From Tubiluchus corallicola (taxonomy: Eukaryota; Animalia; Priapulida): a DNA stretch of 64,000 nucleotides. A program made the translations under genes and the position numbers. The stretch covers positions 1-64,000 of the forward strand of contig JAQGDQ010000570.1 of the NCBI GenBank assembly GCA_030141605.1. Direction: 5' to 3'. Positions 52,553 through 64,000 of this stretch are shown piece by piece. Below the pieces are notes generated by a model, which saw only the letters and a list, made by a program, of their open reading frames with translations, was not told the DNA's origin and made no database searches. The first letter of the stretch is position 1, and each line of letters opens with the position of its first letter.

Positions 52553-53657
52553 GTAAGCTGAGCCAAATTAGACCTTTCAGTATAACTTCTTGCAACTGTG
52601 ACCAACACCCGCAGTCCCGGCTTAGTATTAATAACGTTTATGTGTGTGTGATTGGGGTTTTCATCCGTGGCAAACTTGCCGTCAATGATCTCTGATTCCG
52701 TGTGTAGTGTGCATCCATTTACGCAAATTACTAGCTTTAACTCCTTTAGGACTGTAAGCGTTTGTTGCATTTTGCATCCGTTCATGAAAAACTGCTGTCA
52801 CTAAGTAGCGATTACGTTATATTTGGTAATTTTTGTAGGTTTCTACTACTCACACAATGGAGTGTCATGCAAAATTATATATGAATTGCATTTGCTTGCC
52901 TTTGACAAATTAAAAATCTTTTTTTTATGAAAAAAATGAAAGAATCTTTTAGTAACGGTAACAAAGCACAGAATCACTTGTACAAGTAGAATTCCTTTGC
53001 ACAAAGTTTGTTCACTGGTCTTGCTTGATAGAAACGGTAGCTGGTATAGTAGTCAGTCGGGAAGCAAAAACATGTATAATAATTGCACTGTTTATGTTAC
53101 TAATGCACTTTTAAAACAGAATAATTTTTTAGCTTCAAATTAAGTAAAAAAATTGTAGATAAAATAAAACATGCGTCGTTGAGTGAAGAAAGGTGAGAAA
53201 AGTTCAACATTGAGAGAGAGAGAGAGAGGGAGAGAGAGAGAGAGAGAGAGAGAGGAGGCAGTATGTTCGCATAAAGCAAAAAAAATGTTACCTCGGCGTG
53301 AGGCCCCCTGGAGGGTGAGGCCTTAGGCGGTTGCCTAGTTTGCCTATGCTTAAGGCCGGTCCTGCGTTAAGCGATGACTTACTGTATAATAAAAATAATA
53401 ATAAAATATGTTTTATGAAGTGCACATTTAAGCAAAATACTTTCAATGATGCTGTATGGTAAACAATTATGGTCACAATTGAACAACTAAGAAAATGTAT
53501 CTCACGTTTCAACTTCTTCATTTCTTATCTTTGACCATGTGATGCAACCTTTTTGTATGTGAAAGTCAAGTGCAGTTTATTGCAATGTTTTGTGATCATT
53601 CTCTCGTGGAATTGCTGTTTATCGGGATTTTTATAATATTCTGATGTTGTATTTCAG

Positions 53658-53728
53658 ACGGAAGTTTTAGTATTACGACTCGAGTCGATCCGCTGTTTCT
53701 AGTGGTGCCGTACTTGATGGAACATACA
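53658..53728 (+). CDS. RNASEH2B: RNase H2 subunit B, exon 4 (DGSFSITTRVDPLFLVVPYLMEHT)
   Basis: atttcag acceptor, gtacgt donor; hallmark DPLFL motif; 71 nt, phase 1-0. Confidence 0.95.
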
Positions 53729-55303
53729 GTACGTTGATACAAAGTTATTTTTCTGGATCCTTGTAAATTGACATGTCAGTGAATGCTATGCGTATTAACA
53801 AAGCTCACGACACCTGTTCCGACATTTTTGGTCGCAGTTCGTGAAAGAGTAATATTTTTTGGAAACCGTACCTCTGTCAAAACTTTACTGCAATAATTAC
53901 AGTGACGGCATTAGCTTGTCATTGTACAATTAGAAAGTACGGTTTGGGATGTACAATATTTTGCAGGGAATAGACTAATATCAGAGTTCGTACGACTATT
54001 TGATGAAAGAAGTTTATTCAGAAGCAGAAACTCAAATAGAAGAAATGTTAATGTGTGTACATCTCAAAGTGACCAAAACTCACTAACCAGAATGGCCAGA
54101 AAAAGAAAAAAACTGCAACTAGAATTCCTAGATACATAACACATAATTATACGCCTCTTCCAACCTTTTAAGAACTCACATAGAAAATCTTATTATGTGT
54201 AGCTCCTGAAGTGATGAAAACTTGAAAAAGAAGCCAGTCAGCAAAAGTGATCATTGAAAACTTGGAAATTTGTTAAATCACGTAGGCAGCGATGTTTTTC
54301 TTTCTGTGTATTGCTGCGTGATCTTATTCGGATGATAGTGTTGTGGAGATCTGGAATATTCTATAGTACAGTCGAACAATCTTTTTACCTTGTAGAAGAT
54401 TCGAGAACTTTCTATACGCGATGCACGTAGTAGTTTCTAGATTGTCATTTGCACTTATATATAAGGCGGAGCTGGCCGCTCGAGTTTATTCTCTGATTCT
54501 CAGATATGCTTTCACGTTTCCAGATTATCACATTGACTGTAAATATTTCGCGTTCCTTCATACTTGTGTGTTGTAGAATTCTCACATAATAAACTAGTTT
54601 AATTTGACGACGTGTTTTCTGGTTTTCTCTACGAGAGAAACAAAACACAACAGATAGCTATTGTAACTATGGCCGAAGCCGATCTCAATGTTTCAATCTA
54701 TGACCTCAGTTCTATATCTAAAACTGAGATGGTGGCGATACAGTGACCACAGCGGTGGACGAAATCATTAAATTTAGTCAAAATTGAACAGTGTGTCTCT
54801 GTATCTGTTTGGTCGCCCGCGTTTTCGAGAAACGGCGCAATTACCCCCCCCCCCCTTCTGTGAGATAGACTTTGACAAGCGCGGACGTGCGACACTATTC
54901 CACCTTGAAATCGAAATATGACAATAAGTATCAGGTTATTAGCGATATAAATGGAGTCGATTGAATTGTAATATTGTTGAGGCAGAAAAATTGCCGCTGT
55001 CATAAATAAACGATTATAAATTACTTTGTGGAGACCTTTCAGTTCCTATGTGTGTGTTCACTATCGCGCTGCATCTAACACCAGGGCAAGCATGGCGATC
55101 GCATTCGATTGAATACGCATCGCGGATCTCGCATTACGTACACATAGAGTCCTATCTTTAGCCTAAAATTCCAAATTGCTTGATGCCAATGCCAAACGAG
55201 TGTAATACTGGAGGTGGTTACACGTTTTTTTGATATTTACAATTAATTGTAATTGCCATTTTGAAAACAAATGTTCCCTTAATATGTTTGGCCTCTCTTC
55301 TAG

Positions 55304-55480
55304 GCTACCGTTTTCCAGCCGCTTGATCAAATACTTGTCGACGAAGAATTTCCCCATACCATTCAGTTGCTGGATGTTCCGTTACTAAGCTTGGACAGAG
55401 TGACGGACGTGAAGGGCCATGAAGACGTTCAGGCTTATAGTTTTAACAAGGAGAAGTGTTTATCTTGGCTCAAAATAAAG
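55304..55480 (+). CDS. RNASEH2B: RNase H2 subunit B, exon 5 (ATVFQPLDQILVDEEFP…YSFNKEKCLSWLKIK)
   Basis: ctcttctag acceptor, gtatac donor; conserved FQPLDQ and KEKxLxWL motifs; 177 nt, phase 0-0. Confidence 0.95.
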
Positions 55481-55483
55481 GTA

Positions 55484-55910
55484 TACAGTTAGTACTGCAA
55501 TTACTGCAATTACAGTTAGTACTGCAATCACTGCAATTACAGTGAGTACTGCAATTACTGCAGTTACAGTTAGTACTGCTATTACAGTTAGTACTGCTAT
55601 TACTGCAATTACAGTTAGTACTGCAATTACTGCGATTACAGTTAGTACTGCAATTACTGCAGTTACAGTTAGTACTGCAATTACTGCAATGACAGTTAGT
55701 ACTGCTATTACAGTTAGTACTGCTATTACTGCAATTACAGTTAGTACTGCAATTACAGTTAGTACTGCAGTTACAGTTAGTACTGCATTTACTGCAATTA
55801 CAGTTAGTACTGCAGTTACAGTTAGTACTGCTATTACTGCAGTTACAGTTAGTACTGCAATCACTGCAATTATAGTTAGTGCTGCAATTACAGTTAGTAC
55901 TGCAATTATA
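55484..55910. repeat. Minisatellite of 9/18-bp modules (tacagttag / tactgcaat) starting at the exon 5 donor
   Basis: Direct inspection. Confidence 0.95.
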
Positions 55911-56219
55911 CTGCTATCTACAGATGAACAACATCACTGGTGGAAGAGTAAGCGTTCAAAATGGGAGCACCCAAGACTGGTGTCATTTTACTAATTACAC
56001 GATACACTAATTACGCTAATTACATTTCCGAACCGCTTATCACACTTTTATAGCTAGATCCCTTTAACATTTTTTTGCAAACTTTGAAATAAGCCTGACT
56101 TCCCAAAGACTTCTGTCGCGAACACGGACTAGAATTTATCAGGTTTTTTTTCTTATTTTGTAAATATATTTAATTTTTGACTTCTTAGCTCCTTGAAAAA
56201 GTCATAATTTTAGGTATTA

Positions 56220-56595
56220 CGTTATTAAAGATCTACAGCTAATGCTACATTATTAAAGATCTACAGCTAATGCTACATTATTAAAGATCTTCAGCTAATG
56301 CTACGTTATTAAGGATCTACAACTAATGCTACATTATTAAAGATCCACGGCTAATGATACATTATTAAAGATCTACAGCTAATGCTACGTTATGAAAGAT
56401 CTACAGGTAATGCTACGTTTTGAAAGATCTACAGCTAATGCTATGTTATGAAAGATCTACAGCTAATGCTACATTATTGAAGATCTACAGCTAATGCTAT
56501 GTTATGAAAGATCTACAGCTAATGCTATGTTATTAAAGATCTACAGCTAATGCTACATTATTAAAGATCTACAGCTAATGCTACATTATTAAACT
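56220..56595. repeat. ~28-29-bp tandem repeat, ~13 copies
   Basis: Unit attattaaagatctacagctaatgctac. Confidence 0.95.
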
Positions 56596-57067
56596 TCAAG
56601 TCAGTGCTACATTATAAATTCGTTGCATATAAATGAACTTTAGTGAAAAAGAGCTACGATTATAAGACTAAATACAATGTAACAAATACATACCTAGTTC
56701 TTGGTATTATACCTACCTGGATTATCCTTGATAATGAGAAGGTGGATTGACATGACACAATAGTATGTGATCCCTAGGAAAATTTTAGCAAGATTACAAC
56801 TATATACACCTGAGAAGGAAGCCCATATGCAAGAGATTACACAGCTAATTGGGCATGAATCCAAAACTAGTTTTGTAAATTACATACTCAAGTTTTACAT
56901 AGAGTTAAATATATACTATGAAACGGGTTAACTAGAGCAGATCCGTGCAAACACGAATAAACACTTTTCCTCGAGAAGCGCCATACAGGCGCCGTTCTCG
57001 ACAGCTTCGTTTTTCCTTTAAGCGAAGTCAGTGGATTAACTATGTGATTTTGTTTTTTTTTCCAAAG

Positions 57068-57170
57068 GTGGAGGCAGCTGCGGACAGATTAGAGAGAACG
57101 AATGAGAATGTCGGCTCTGGCTCCAGTTCAGCTTCTCTTGTGAGGAGTAAGAAAGAGCAACCTAGTCGTG
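57068..57170 (+). CDS. RNASEH2B: RNase H2 subunit B, exon 6 (VEAAADRLERTNENVGSGSSSASLVRSKKEQPSR)
   Basis: T-tract plus ccaaag acceptor, gtaaga donor; 103 nt, phase 0-1, frame-compatible with both neighbouring exons. Confidence 0.9.
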
Positions 57171-57434
57171 GTAAGAATTTGATTTTTGATACTTGACTGT
57201 CACTTTTAATCGGTCGACAAGAAATTTCCCAGGCTGGCGACAAAAAAATTTGTTTCTGTCTCACTTCTTGAGCTCAAAACTTGTCAGTAGGGAGGTAGGA
57301 AGAATTTGTAGGCTTTGTGAACGTTTCAAGCTGAATCGTGGAATATTTAGAATCAGTTGAAATCAAAGTTCGTTTATTTCTCACTGGTTCTTTCAATGCA
57401 ATTTTACGCTTTGCTTTTTCATTTTTTTCGCGTT

Positions 57435-57620
57435 ACTAAATTGTCGTACAATTATCGATTATCGTATAGTCTCCTTTTGTACAGGATGAATGTATCTGAT
57501 CAATTTACCAAATTGTCATATAATTATCGATTATCGTATAGTCTCCTTTTGTACAGGATGAACGCATCTGATCAATTTACTAAATTTTCGTATAATTATT
57601 GATTATCGTATAGTCTCTTG
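57435..57620. repeat. 72-bp tandem repeat, ~2.5 copies
   Basis: aattatcgattatcgtatagtctc occurs three times. Confidence 0.88.
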
Positions 57621-57736
57621 AACGTATGTGATCAATTGATTGTGAAAATTAGGCTGTTGTCCCACTGCTAATGTAAACTGTATTATACCGTTCTGATATA
57701 ATACTGATCTTTAATACCGTTGTAACCGTTTTGCAG

Positions 57737-57818
57737 CTGATTACGTGAATTACTCATGTGGATTAATCTCTGATTATATACCAGCATCTTTAGCTGCTGA
57801 TTTGAAGGAATATCTTGG
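57737..57818 (+). CDS. RNASEH2B: RNase H2 subunit B, exon 7 (ADYVNYSCGLISDYIPASLAADLKEYLG)
   Basis: ttttgcag acceptor, gtaagt donor; conserved GLISDYIP motif; 82 nt, phase 1-2. Confidence 0.95.
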
Positions 57819-57999
57819 GTAAGTGACTCACTGTCATTCCATCAACAGTCATTTGATACAGTAACAAGTTTTGAACGTTACCGAAGCCGTAGGGAAGGCA
57901 GTAACGGCTTTTAGACCTCACCGGCTGTGTTGTTTCTCCATACAAAGTGTGAGTGAATACCTCCGCGGGGTTGAATCAGAAAGTGTTTTGCTCAAATAG

Positions 58000-58520
58000 C
58001 ATTTCACGCTCACTGGCTATGTCGGCTGACCGTAGTTTGGCATTTCACATAATTGACCATGTCGGCTGACCATGGTTTGGCATTTCACGCTCACTGGCTA
58101 TGTCGGCTGACCGTAGTTTGGCATTTCACATAATTGACTATGTCAGCTGACCGTAGTTGCCATTTCACATAATTGACCATGTCGGCTGACCATGGTTTGG
58201 CATTTCACATTCATTGGATATGTCGGCTGACCGTAGTTGCCATTTCACATAATTGACCATGTCGGCTGACCATGGTTTGGCATTTCACATTCATTGACTA
58301 TGTCGGCTGGCCATAGTTTGATATTTCATGTTCATTGGTTATGTTGGCTGACCATAGTTTACCATTTCACATAATGGACTATGACATCTGACCATAGTTT
58401 GGCATTTCACATAATTGACTATGTCGGCTGACCATAGTTTGGCATTTCACATCACTGGTCATGTTGACTGACCATAGTTTGGCATTTCACATTCATTGGT
58501 TATGTCGGCTGATCATAGTC
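58000..58520. repeat. ~40-bp tandem repeat, ~13 copies
   Basis: Unit catttcacataattgaccatgtcggctgaccatagtttgg. Confidence 0.95.
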
Positions 58521-58755
58521 TGTCACTATATCCAAGTGATTGCTAGCACCCGTATGTTTACATGCCAGTTGAATATCTAGATCAACGCAGGCACTTCTGA
58601 AGCTAATATAAGTACCAATACATTTGCAAGCCGCACCAAAAATAGTTTTAAAACTTCATGCAACCATTTTGAGCTCTGATCTTTTCTAGTTTTGCTATTT
58701 TTTCTAGCAAACTTGCTGATGTTATCTGGTTAAACACCATTTCTGTTGAATTTAG

Positions 58756-58801
58756 GATAAGAAAAGAAGAAAAGGCTGAATCTTGTGAACCTCCACAAAA
58801 G
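58756..58801 (+). CDS. RNASEH2B: RNase H2 subunit B, exon 8 (IRKEEKAESCEPPQK)
   Basis: tttag acceptor, gtatgc donor; PPxK before the basic NLS-like stretch; 46 nt, phase 2-0. Confidence 0.85.
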
Positions 58802-58986
58802 GTATGCGCCCTTATTCACGACACTTTTCCATATTATCTACATTTTTCTTTAGAAGCAATTATGTGTGTTTCTGTTAACTGTGAAATCAGATTGCTGATT
58901 TCTTTATGAAAGCACAACTTACACACGGCTTAAAAGTGGCCTTCTTTTTATTCAAATCTATAACAATACGGTTGAACCTCGTTATA

Positions 58987-59465
58987 CAGTCAACCTCGGA
59001 TATAAGGGACACCTCGGGACCGGAAAAACCGTCCCTTATATCCGATGCCCCTTGTAGCCGAAGTTGAGTCAGACCGATGGTGTATCTAGACCTGTACTTT
59101 TTTGTACTTTTACCCATATTTTTTATGGATTATTGCTACACATTCAGTGCAAACGGTATGTAGGCAGCTTCTTGAGTGATGCGAGATGTATGTGACCGCG
59201 GAAACCGAGCTGTTCGAAGGCTAAGTTTGCGAAAAATTGTGGTTAAAATCGATCAATTTCGCTTTGATCATAGGGTCCCTTATATGCGAGGTAATTTACC
59301 TTGGTTTCTATTACCTGGGACCTGAAGATGTCCATTATAACTGAAAGTTCCTTATATCCGAGTACCTTATATACGAAGATTTTTACATAGGAAAAACATT
59401 ACGAAAAATTGGGACCAGTGTTGGTGGTCCCTTATAAGCGAGTACCTTATACCTGAGGTTGACTG
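58987..59465. mobile_element. Tc1/mariner-pogo MITE with TA TSD, nested in an older pogo-like MITE
   Basis: TA|CAGTCAACCTCGGATATAAG … CTTATACCTGAGGTTGACTG|TA; the host terminus tacggttgaacctcgtta lies just upstream and ttataacgcc motifs continue downstream. Confidence 0.85.
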
Positions 59466-60458
59466 TACTGCCTCCCGTTATAACGCCAGCCTCGCCTTAA
59501 CGCCAACTATTGCCCTGTCCCGATTTCCATAGTATATTAAATATTGGGAATACCTCCAACCTCGCTCTTCCGCCAACATAGCTGCTGTGCCCAAAACCAT
59601 TTTTACATAATAAATTTCCCTCATTGTAACGCCAGCCAAGATAAAGCACAATGAATTACTGCTGAAAAACAGCCGTATTATTGTAAGAACAATGATCTCT
59701 GATAAGAAAAAAAATTATGTTGTTTAAATTAAAATTTAGGTTTCGTAGCAAGTGACTGTATGAAGGTGAATGTTGAGGTTTTGAGCCGGAAGCATGCATT
59801 TTTATACTACAACAGCTGCGTAACTAAGGTTCAGTACTGAACTGATGTAAATTTAACGGCTGCTTGGTTAAAGGTCAAGTTATAAGCGGTGGCTATTTAT
59901 AGTCCAGTAACATTACGTTGGAAGCATGGGTGGGGGCCGTTGGAAGCACGGGTGCATATTTCTCCTATCAGGAGTTATCTACTTAACCAAGTATTTCACA
60001 AGATGTCTTCTCCTCGCCGTTTTAGCTAAAAGTTTTATAACGTACCGCTGTAGAACTACACTTGCACTGTTAATGCAATTCTGTAATAAATGCTCATGCA
60101 ATAATTGTAAGAGATTAATGATAAAACTATTTACTGATATCCGCATCTTATTGTTCTGCTTGCTAGGAGTTTGTCAGGCTAACTGCCCGATAAGTAAAAG
60201 ATCATTCGGCCTGAATGGGCACTAGTAGTGTTGAATGCCACTGAAAAATGCTTTCACATTGTGCAACGTCATTGATGGAAGAATAGACATTCAAAATGGG
60301 AGCGCCAAGCCTGAAATGAAGACGACTTTGAAGCAATTTTTATTAATTACACTATGGGGCTTATCGTACTTTTATTACTAAATCTTTCTAACATTTTTCG
60401 GAAATGTTGAAATAAGCCTAACTTCCCAGAACGTGTTTCTTTTCCTTGAAAACTAGTA

Positions 60459-60850
60459 CAGTGTTCCCTCACATATCGCAGGTGTTCCATTCCAGGCCCA
60501 CCCGCGATAAGTAAATTTCCGCAAAGTAGGGACGCTATACTTATTTTAGTAGTTGTACATTATTTTAAGTCTTTATAAACCCTCCCCACACTCTTATACA
60601 GTAAACATAACCCTTTCTCATTCCCTTAATGACTTTTCCCATACTGTACATGTACCTTTTAAAAAACTGTACGTAAATGGTCATAAAAATGTTTTAGACG
60701 CTTAAATTTAGATAAGTAATTTTGATGGAGTACCGCAAAACCCACGAAACAGCGAAAATACCGCGATAAATATTGTACATTAATATTTTTGAGAACTTGC
60801 GAAACAGCGAATCCGCGATAAACGAACCGCGACGTAGCGAGGGAACATTG
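60459..60850. mobile_element. Tigger/pogo-like MITE with TA TSD
   Basis: TA|CAGTGTTCCCTCAC … GCGAGGGAACATTG|TA. Confidence 0.85.
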
Positions 60851-60911
60851 TACACTATTTAATCTGTGTTGTTTTTCCTAAAGTGAATGTTTAGTTATTG
60901 TTTTTTTTCAG

Positions 60912-60989
60912 AAAGCTAGAACGGACATCGTCTCGGAGCCAACTGACGACTACAGCGAGGGATGTAAAATGGAAAAGGGAAGCGAATCT
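60912..60989 (+). CDS. RNASEH2B: RNase H2 subunit B, exon 9 (KARTDIVSEPTDDYSEGCKMEKGSES)
   Basis: Poly-T cag acceptor, gtaagt donor; EP-x-x-DYS motif; 78 nt, phase 0-0. Confidence 0.88.
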
Positions 60990-61052
60990 GTAAGTGACGT
61001 TTAAACATCAATGAGCAATGGCTATATAATTTGTGCAGTTTCACCCAAATTA

Positions 61053-61476
61053 CCGTATTTTCCCATGTATAAGAGACCCTTGTGTATAAGAGACCCTTTC
61101 AATTTTTAGGCAAAAATTCTGGAAAAAAGTTTTTTGGTAATGAATAACTTTATTCATCATAGAAATCATTAAATTCCTCATCACTCTCATCAAAAATATC
61201 AACTGGAGTCAGACCTTCAGCAATTCCAGCCAGTTCATCATCAGAGGAGTCACTCTGCTCAAAAATGGCATTGTCCTCTGTGCCGTCCATGGCATTGGAG
61301 ATGCCACACTTCTTGAAAGATTTAATAATGACCTCTGGCTTTACACCATTCCATGCCTTGAGGACCCAGCTGCAGACTTCTCCAAGGGTTGGCTTACTCC
61401 CATGTATAAGAGACCCCCTATTTTTAAAGTGAAAATTCTGAGCAAAAAAGGGTCTCTTATACATGGGAAAATACGG
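61053..61476 (-). mobile_element. pogo-family deletion derivative retaining the transposase C-terminus; perfect 29-bp TIRs, TA TSD
   Basis: TA|CCGTATTTTCCCATGTATAAGAGACCCTT … AAGGGTCTCTTATACATGGGAAAATACGG|TA; ORF with WVLKAWNGVKPEVIIKSFKKCGISNAMDGTED and an acidic tail. Confidence 0.92.
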
Positions 61477-61741
61477 TAATCATAATTATCTTTCACAGAA
61501 TTTACGATCGAGTAAACTTTAAAATATTCCATCTTTTTGAGTTTACTTTGATGTAATGAAGATAATGCTCATTTGTAGAATGCAAAAATCGAACAATTAT
61601 TATCATCAGCTGCACTTATAATGCAGGTTTACAATTAAAAGTGACTGAAGAGCAAAAATATAAGTACACAGTAGAAATTCACCGGGCACACTAATAAAAT
61701 GTTACAATAAAAAGATAAATTTTAAGACTCATTTTAAACTA

Positions 61742-62130
61742 TTGAACTATGAACTATGAAATTTATTTCACCCATCAAAAAATACAATATCAAACACATT
61801 AATAAACTTTAAATAAAATAATTTGAGTAGTGCGAGGTGAGTGTAGGACCATACGGTCATTTACACACTCACCTTACTTAAATGAAAAAATGATTATAGT
61901 TATGCATGCTTCTGTAGACAACTTAATGTAAATAAGGATGAAGTAAATGATGTAATAATAGCACTGGTATAAGAGCAATAAACCTGAAAGTTGAGAAAGG
62001 AAAACATAAACTGTAATTATGACTTAAAACAGTTAAAATCAGTAATAGATCTCAAGCTAAATGGAAGTCTATTCCATTCAAGTGGAGCTGCATAAGCATG
62101 CTTATCATACTGAACACCGATTCTTCAACG
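61742..62130 (-). mobile_element. L2/CR1-like LINE 3' end
   Basis: Minus frame reads …APLEWNRLPFSLRSITDFNCFKS; stem-loop (ggtgagtgta…tacacactcacc), AATAAA and a short (ttcatag)n tail. Confidence 0.65.
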
Positions 62131-62841
62131 ATCAGTGACTACTAATGTAAAATGTATAGGTACTGTGGTACTGCAGCACCCCTTGTTTTCACTCATTATT
62201 ATTGATAATATTCAATATAATAACGTTTTTTCTTTTGTTTTTTCTGTATACTTGTGCGGAACCGGAGCACGTGAGGGAGGTACAATTTGCTTCACAGTCC
62301 AAGCAATGCGGTATTAGGCTGCTGTGCGCGTGCGCCCTTGCGCACAGGTCTGAGATAAAACACTGTATTTTAGGTAGAGAGAGAGTACTGTCGCTTACAC
62401 AGTGTGTTGTCAGTTGTCACATGCTTGAAAACCGTGTACCGGCAAATTCTTGAACTGCGACAATTTATGCTATTCGTAAACAAACAATATTTTTGTTTAG
62501 GATTTTGCCAAGTTTATGCATAAATTTTCGCATGTTTGCTTGTTTGCTTAAAATTACAAAATTAAAATTATATATGTTTGTTTTGTTTTACACAGTATTA
62601 AAACAAAGGCTAAAAATTTTCTGAGCAGCGGCATCCCCAGTAATTTTAGCTACGAGCCTTTGTGGTGCATACTAAGCCTAAGAGCGGTGACTTGTACTTT
62701 TGTATTAGTAATGCTACATGCATCGGCTAGTAGATTCAGCCGGTTAATTAGGTCAAAATATTTCCATCACGAAGTGAGTCTATTAAGCGGTGCTTTCATT
62801 TCAACAACTGCTTGCATGATATAAAGAATCTCGATATTTAA

Positions 62842-63545
62842 AGGACAAGAAAGGGGGTACCTGACGTAAGTTTCAGAAAAATCGCGTTAAAAAATTATAT
62901 TACTTTACAGCAATTTTATGCATATATCTTACTCGCACTGAACGGAATTTTAGTTTGTTTTCATTTTAAATCTCCCGCAATACTGTTCCGAAGTCACCAT
63001 TACATGACGTCATGTACCAAATGTAAATCAAGGGAAGAGAAAGCAATGTTAAATTATGTCTCAAAAGAATTTCTGTGCAAATCTATATTACTTAGATTTT
63101 CGCTTATTTGCTAGAAAGACTTTGCTAGTGTAACTAAAAAGGAAAATTATTAATTATTTGAAATGTTTTCACCAATTGGTAAAATGTTGCTGATTCATCC
63201 TCAGGGTGCAGCACTCACTAACCAAAAAACATATTTTTAATCTTATTGACAAGTGCAGTAATTTTTAATTTTATTTAGTTATGACTTGTGCTCTATGAAT
63301 GCTCTGATTATTTTTTCAAACTTTACTCATTGTTATCAAAACTTGTTTCAAATGACCTGTTGTCAAAATGGCTGCGTCTAACGGTCATCGCGGGAGTTTA
63401 AATTTACATGTTTTATACAGCGTGACTGCCAATTGAAGTCCTGCATGCAAAAAGGCAGTACGTAAGCGATATAAAATTTCAAAACGATTTTTTCAAGCTT
63501 TATGTTTATGAAGGGTTTTCTTGTGCTTTAAGTCAAGTTTTATGA
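62842..63545 (+). mobile_element. Kolobok-like element copy abutting the last RNASEH2B exon
   Basis: TTAA|AGGACAAGAAAGGGG; colinear with 15324-16020. Confidence 0.8.
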
Positions 63546-63564
63546 AAACATTTTGTTTTTTTAG

Positions 63565-63678
63565 GCGTCTAAAAAGACCAGGGCACAGAAACTGCTCGGC
63601 AAAGTCGACAAGTCCGGGATGAAAAGTATATCAAGTTTCTTTGTGCCAACGGGAAAGAATAATGAGAAAAAGAAGTGA
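63565..63678 (+). CDS. RNASEH2B: RNase H2 subunit B, last exon (ASKKTRAQKLLGKVDKSGMKSISSFFVPTGKNNEKKK*) with PIP box
   Basis: tttttag acceptor; KVDKSGMKSISSFF is the C-terminal PCNA-interacting motif; TGA at 63676-63678. The ten exons sum to 912 nt (303 aa plus stop). Confidence 0.95.
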   Translation, partial: ASKKTRAQKLLGKVDKSGMKSISSFFVPTGKNNEKKK

Positions 63679-64000
63679 AAGAGACATCAACAATGAAACC
63701 ATTGCCTTCCAGTCTATGTACAAAAGCTAACGTTATCGTTTAAACTGTTCCATTGTCTTCCAGTCTGTGTACAAAAGCTAACGTTATCGTTTAAACTGTT
63801 AGCGCGTTGACAGCCAGGCACCTACATTCTTTGAATTGCAGGCTGCCTGATTTTATTGAGTTATGCCGGAAAAGTTCTAGTGGTGTGTTAGAAAACAAAA
63901 TGCTTAATTTTGTACATCTATGTGATCGTGTTCCCAATTCTAATTATGATTAATTTTGATCTGTCACACTTGAAGTGTCCCCACATCTTATTATTTAGCT

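Noticed and set aside
55460-55994. Thr/Ala/Val-rich repeat ORFs resembling antifreeze or mucin proteins
   Set aside because: They derive from an intronic minisatellite directly after a phase-consistent RNASEH2B donor; no true start codon.

Overview
AT-rich, repeat-dense animal (invertebrate-like) genomic DNA; the organism cannot be identified from the sequence. Two protein-coding genes are supported, both on the + strand. (1) A full-length Epac2/RAPGEF4-type cAMP-regulated Rap GEF whose entire 1013-aa CDS lies in one exon (43470-46511). (2) About 2 kb downstream, a ten-exon RNase H2 subunit B gene (48558-63678, 303 aa), which the ORF track misses and which I reconstructed by hand from GT-AG junctions. 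The first ~43 kb has no recognisable host coding exons. It consists of microsatellites, minisatellites (40, 65, 108 and 140 bp units), 5'-truncated non-LTR retrotransposon ends (RTE and L2/CR1-like), two copies of a ~320-bp Gypsy-type LTR, and many non-autonomous DNA transposons (Kolobok-like, piggyBac-like, Harbinger, hAT, pogo). The main oddities are the intronless Epac beside an intron-rich neighbour, a minimal LTR-PBS-LTR-tip element, tandemly reiterated LINE 3' ends, a 108-bp satellite with an open frame and splice-like signals, and a transposon that reaches almost to the last RNASEH2B acceptor. I found no evidence for a wholly new multi-gene system. All family assignments come from motif recall, not database searches.
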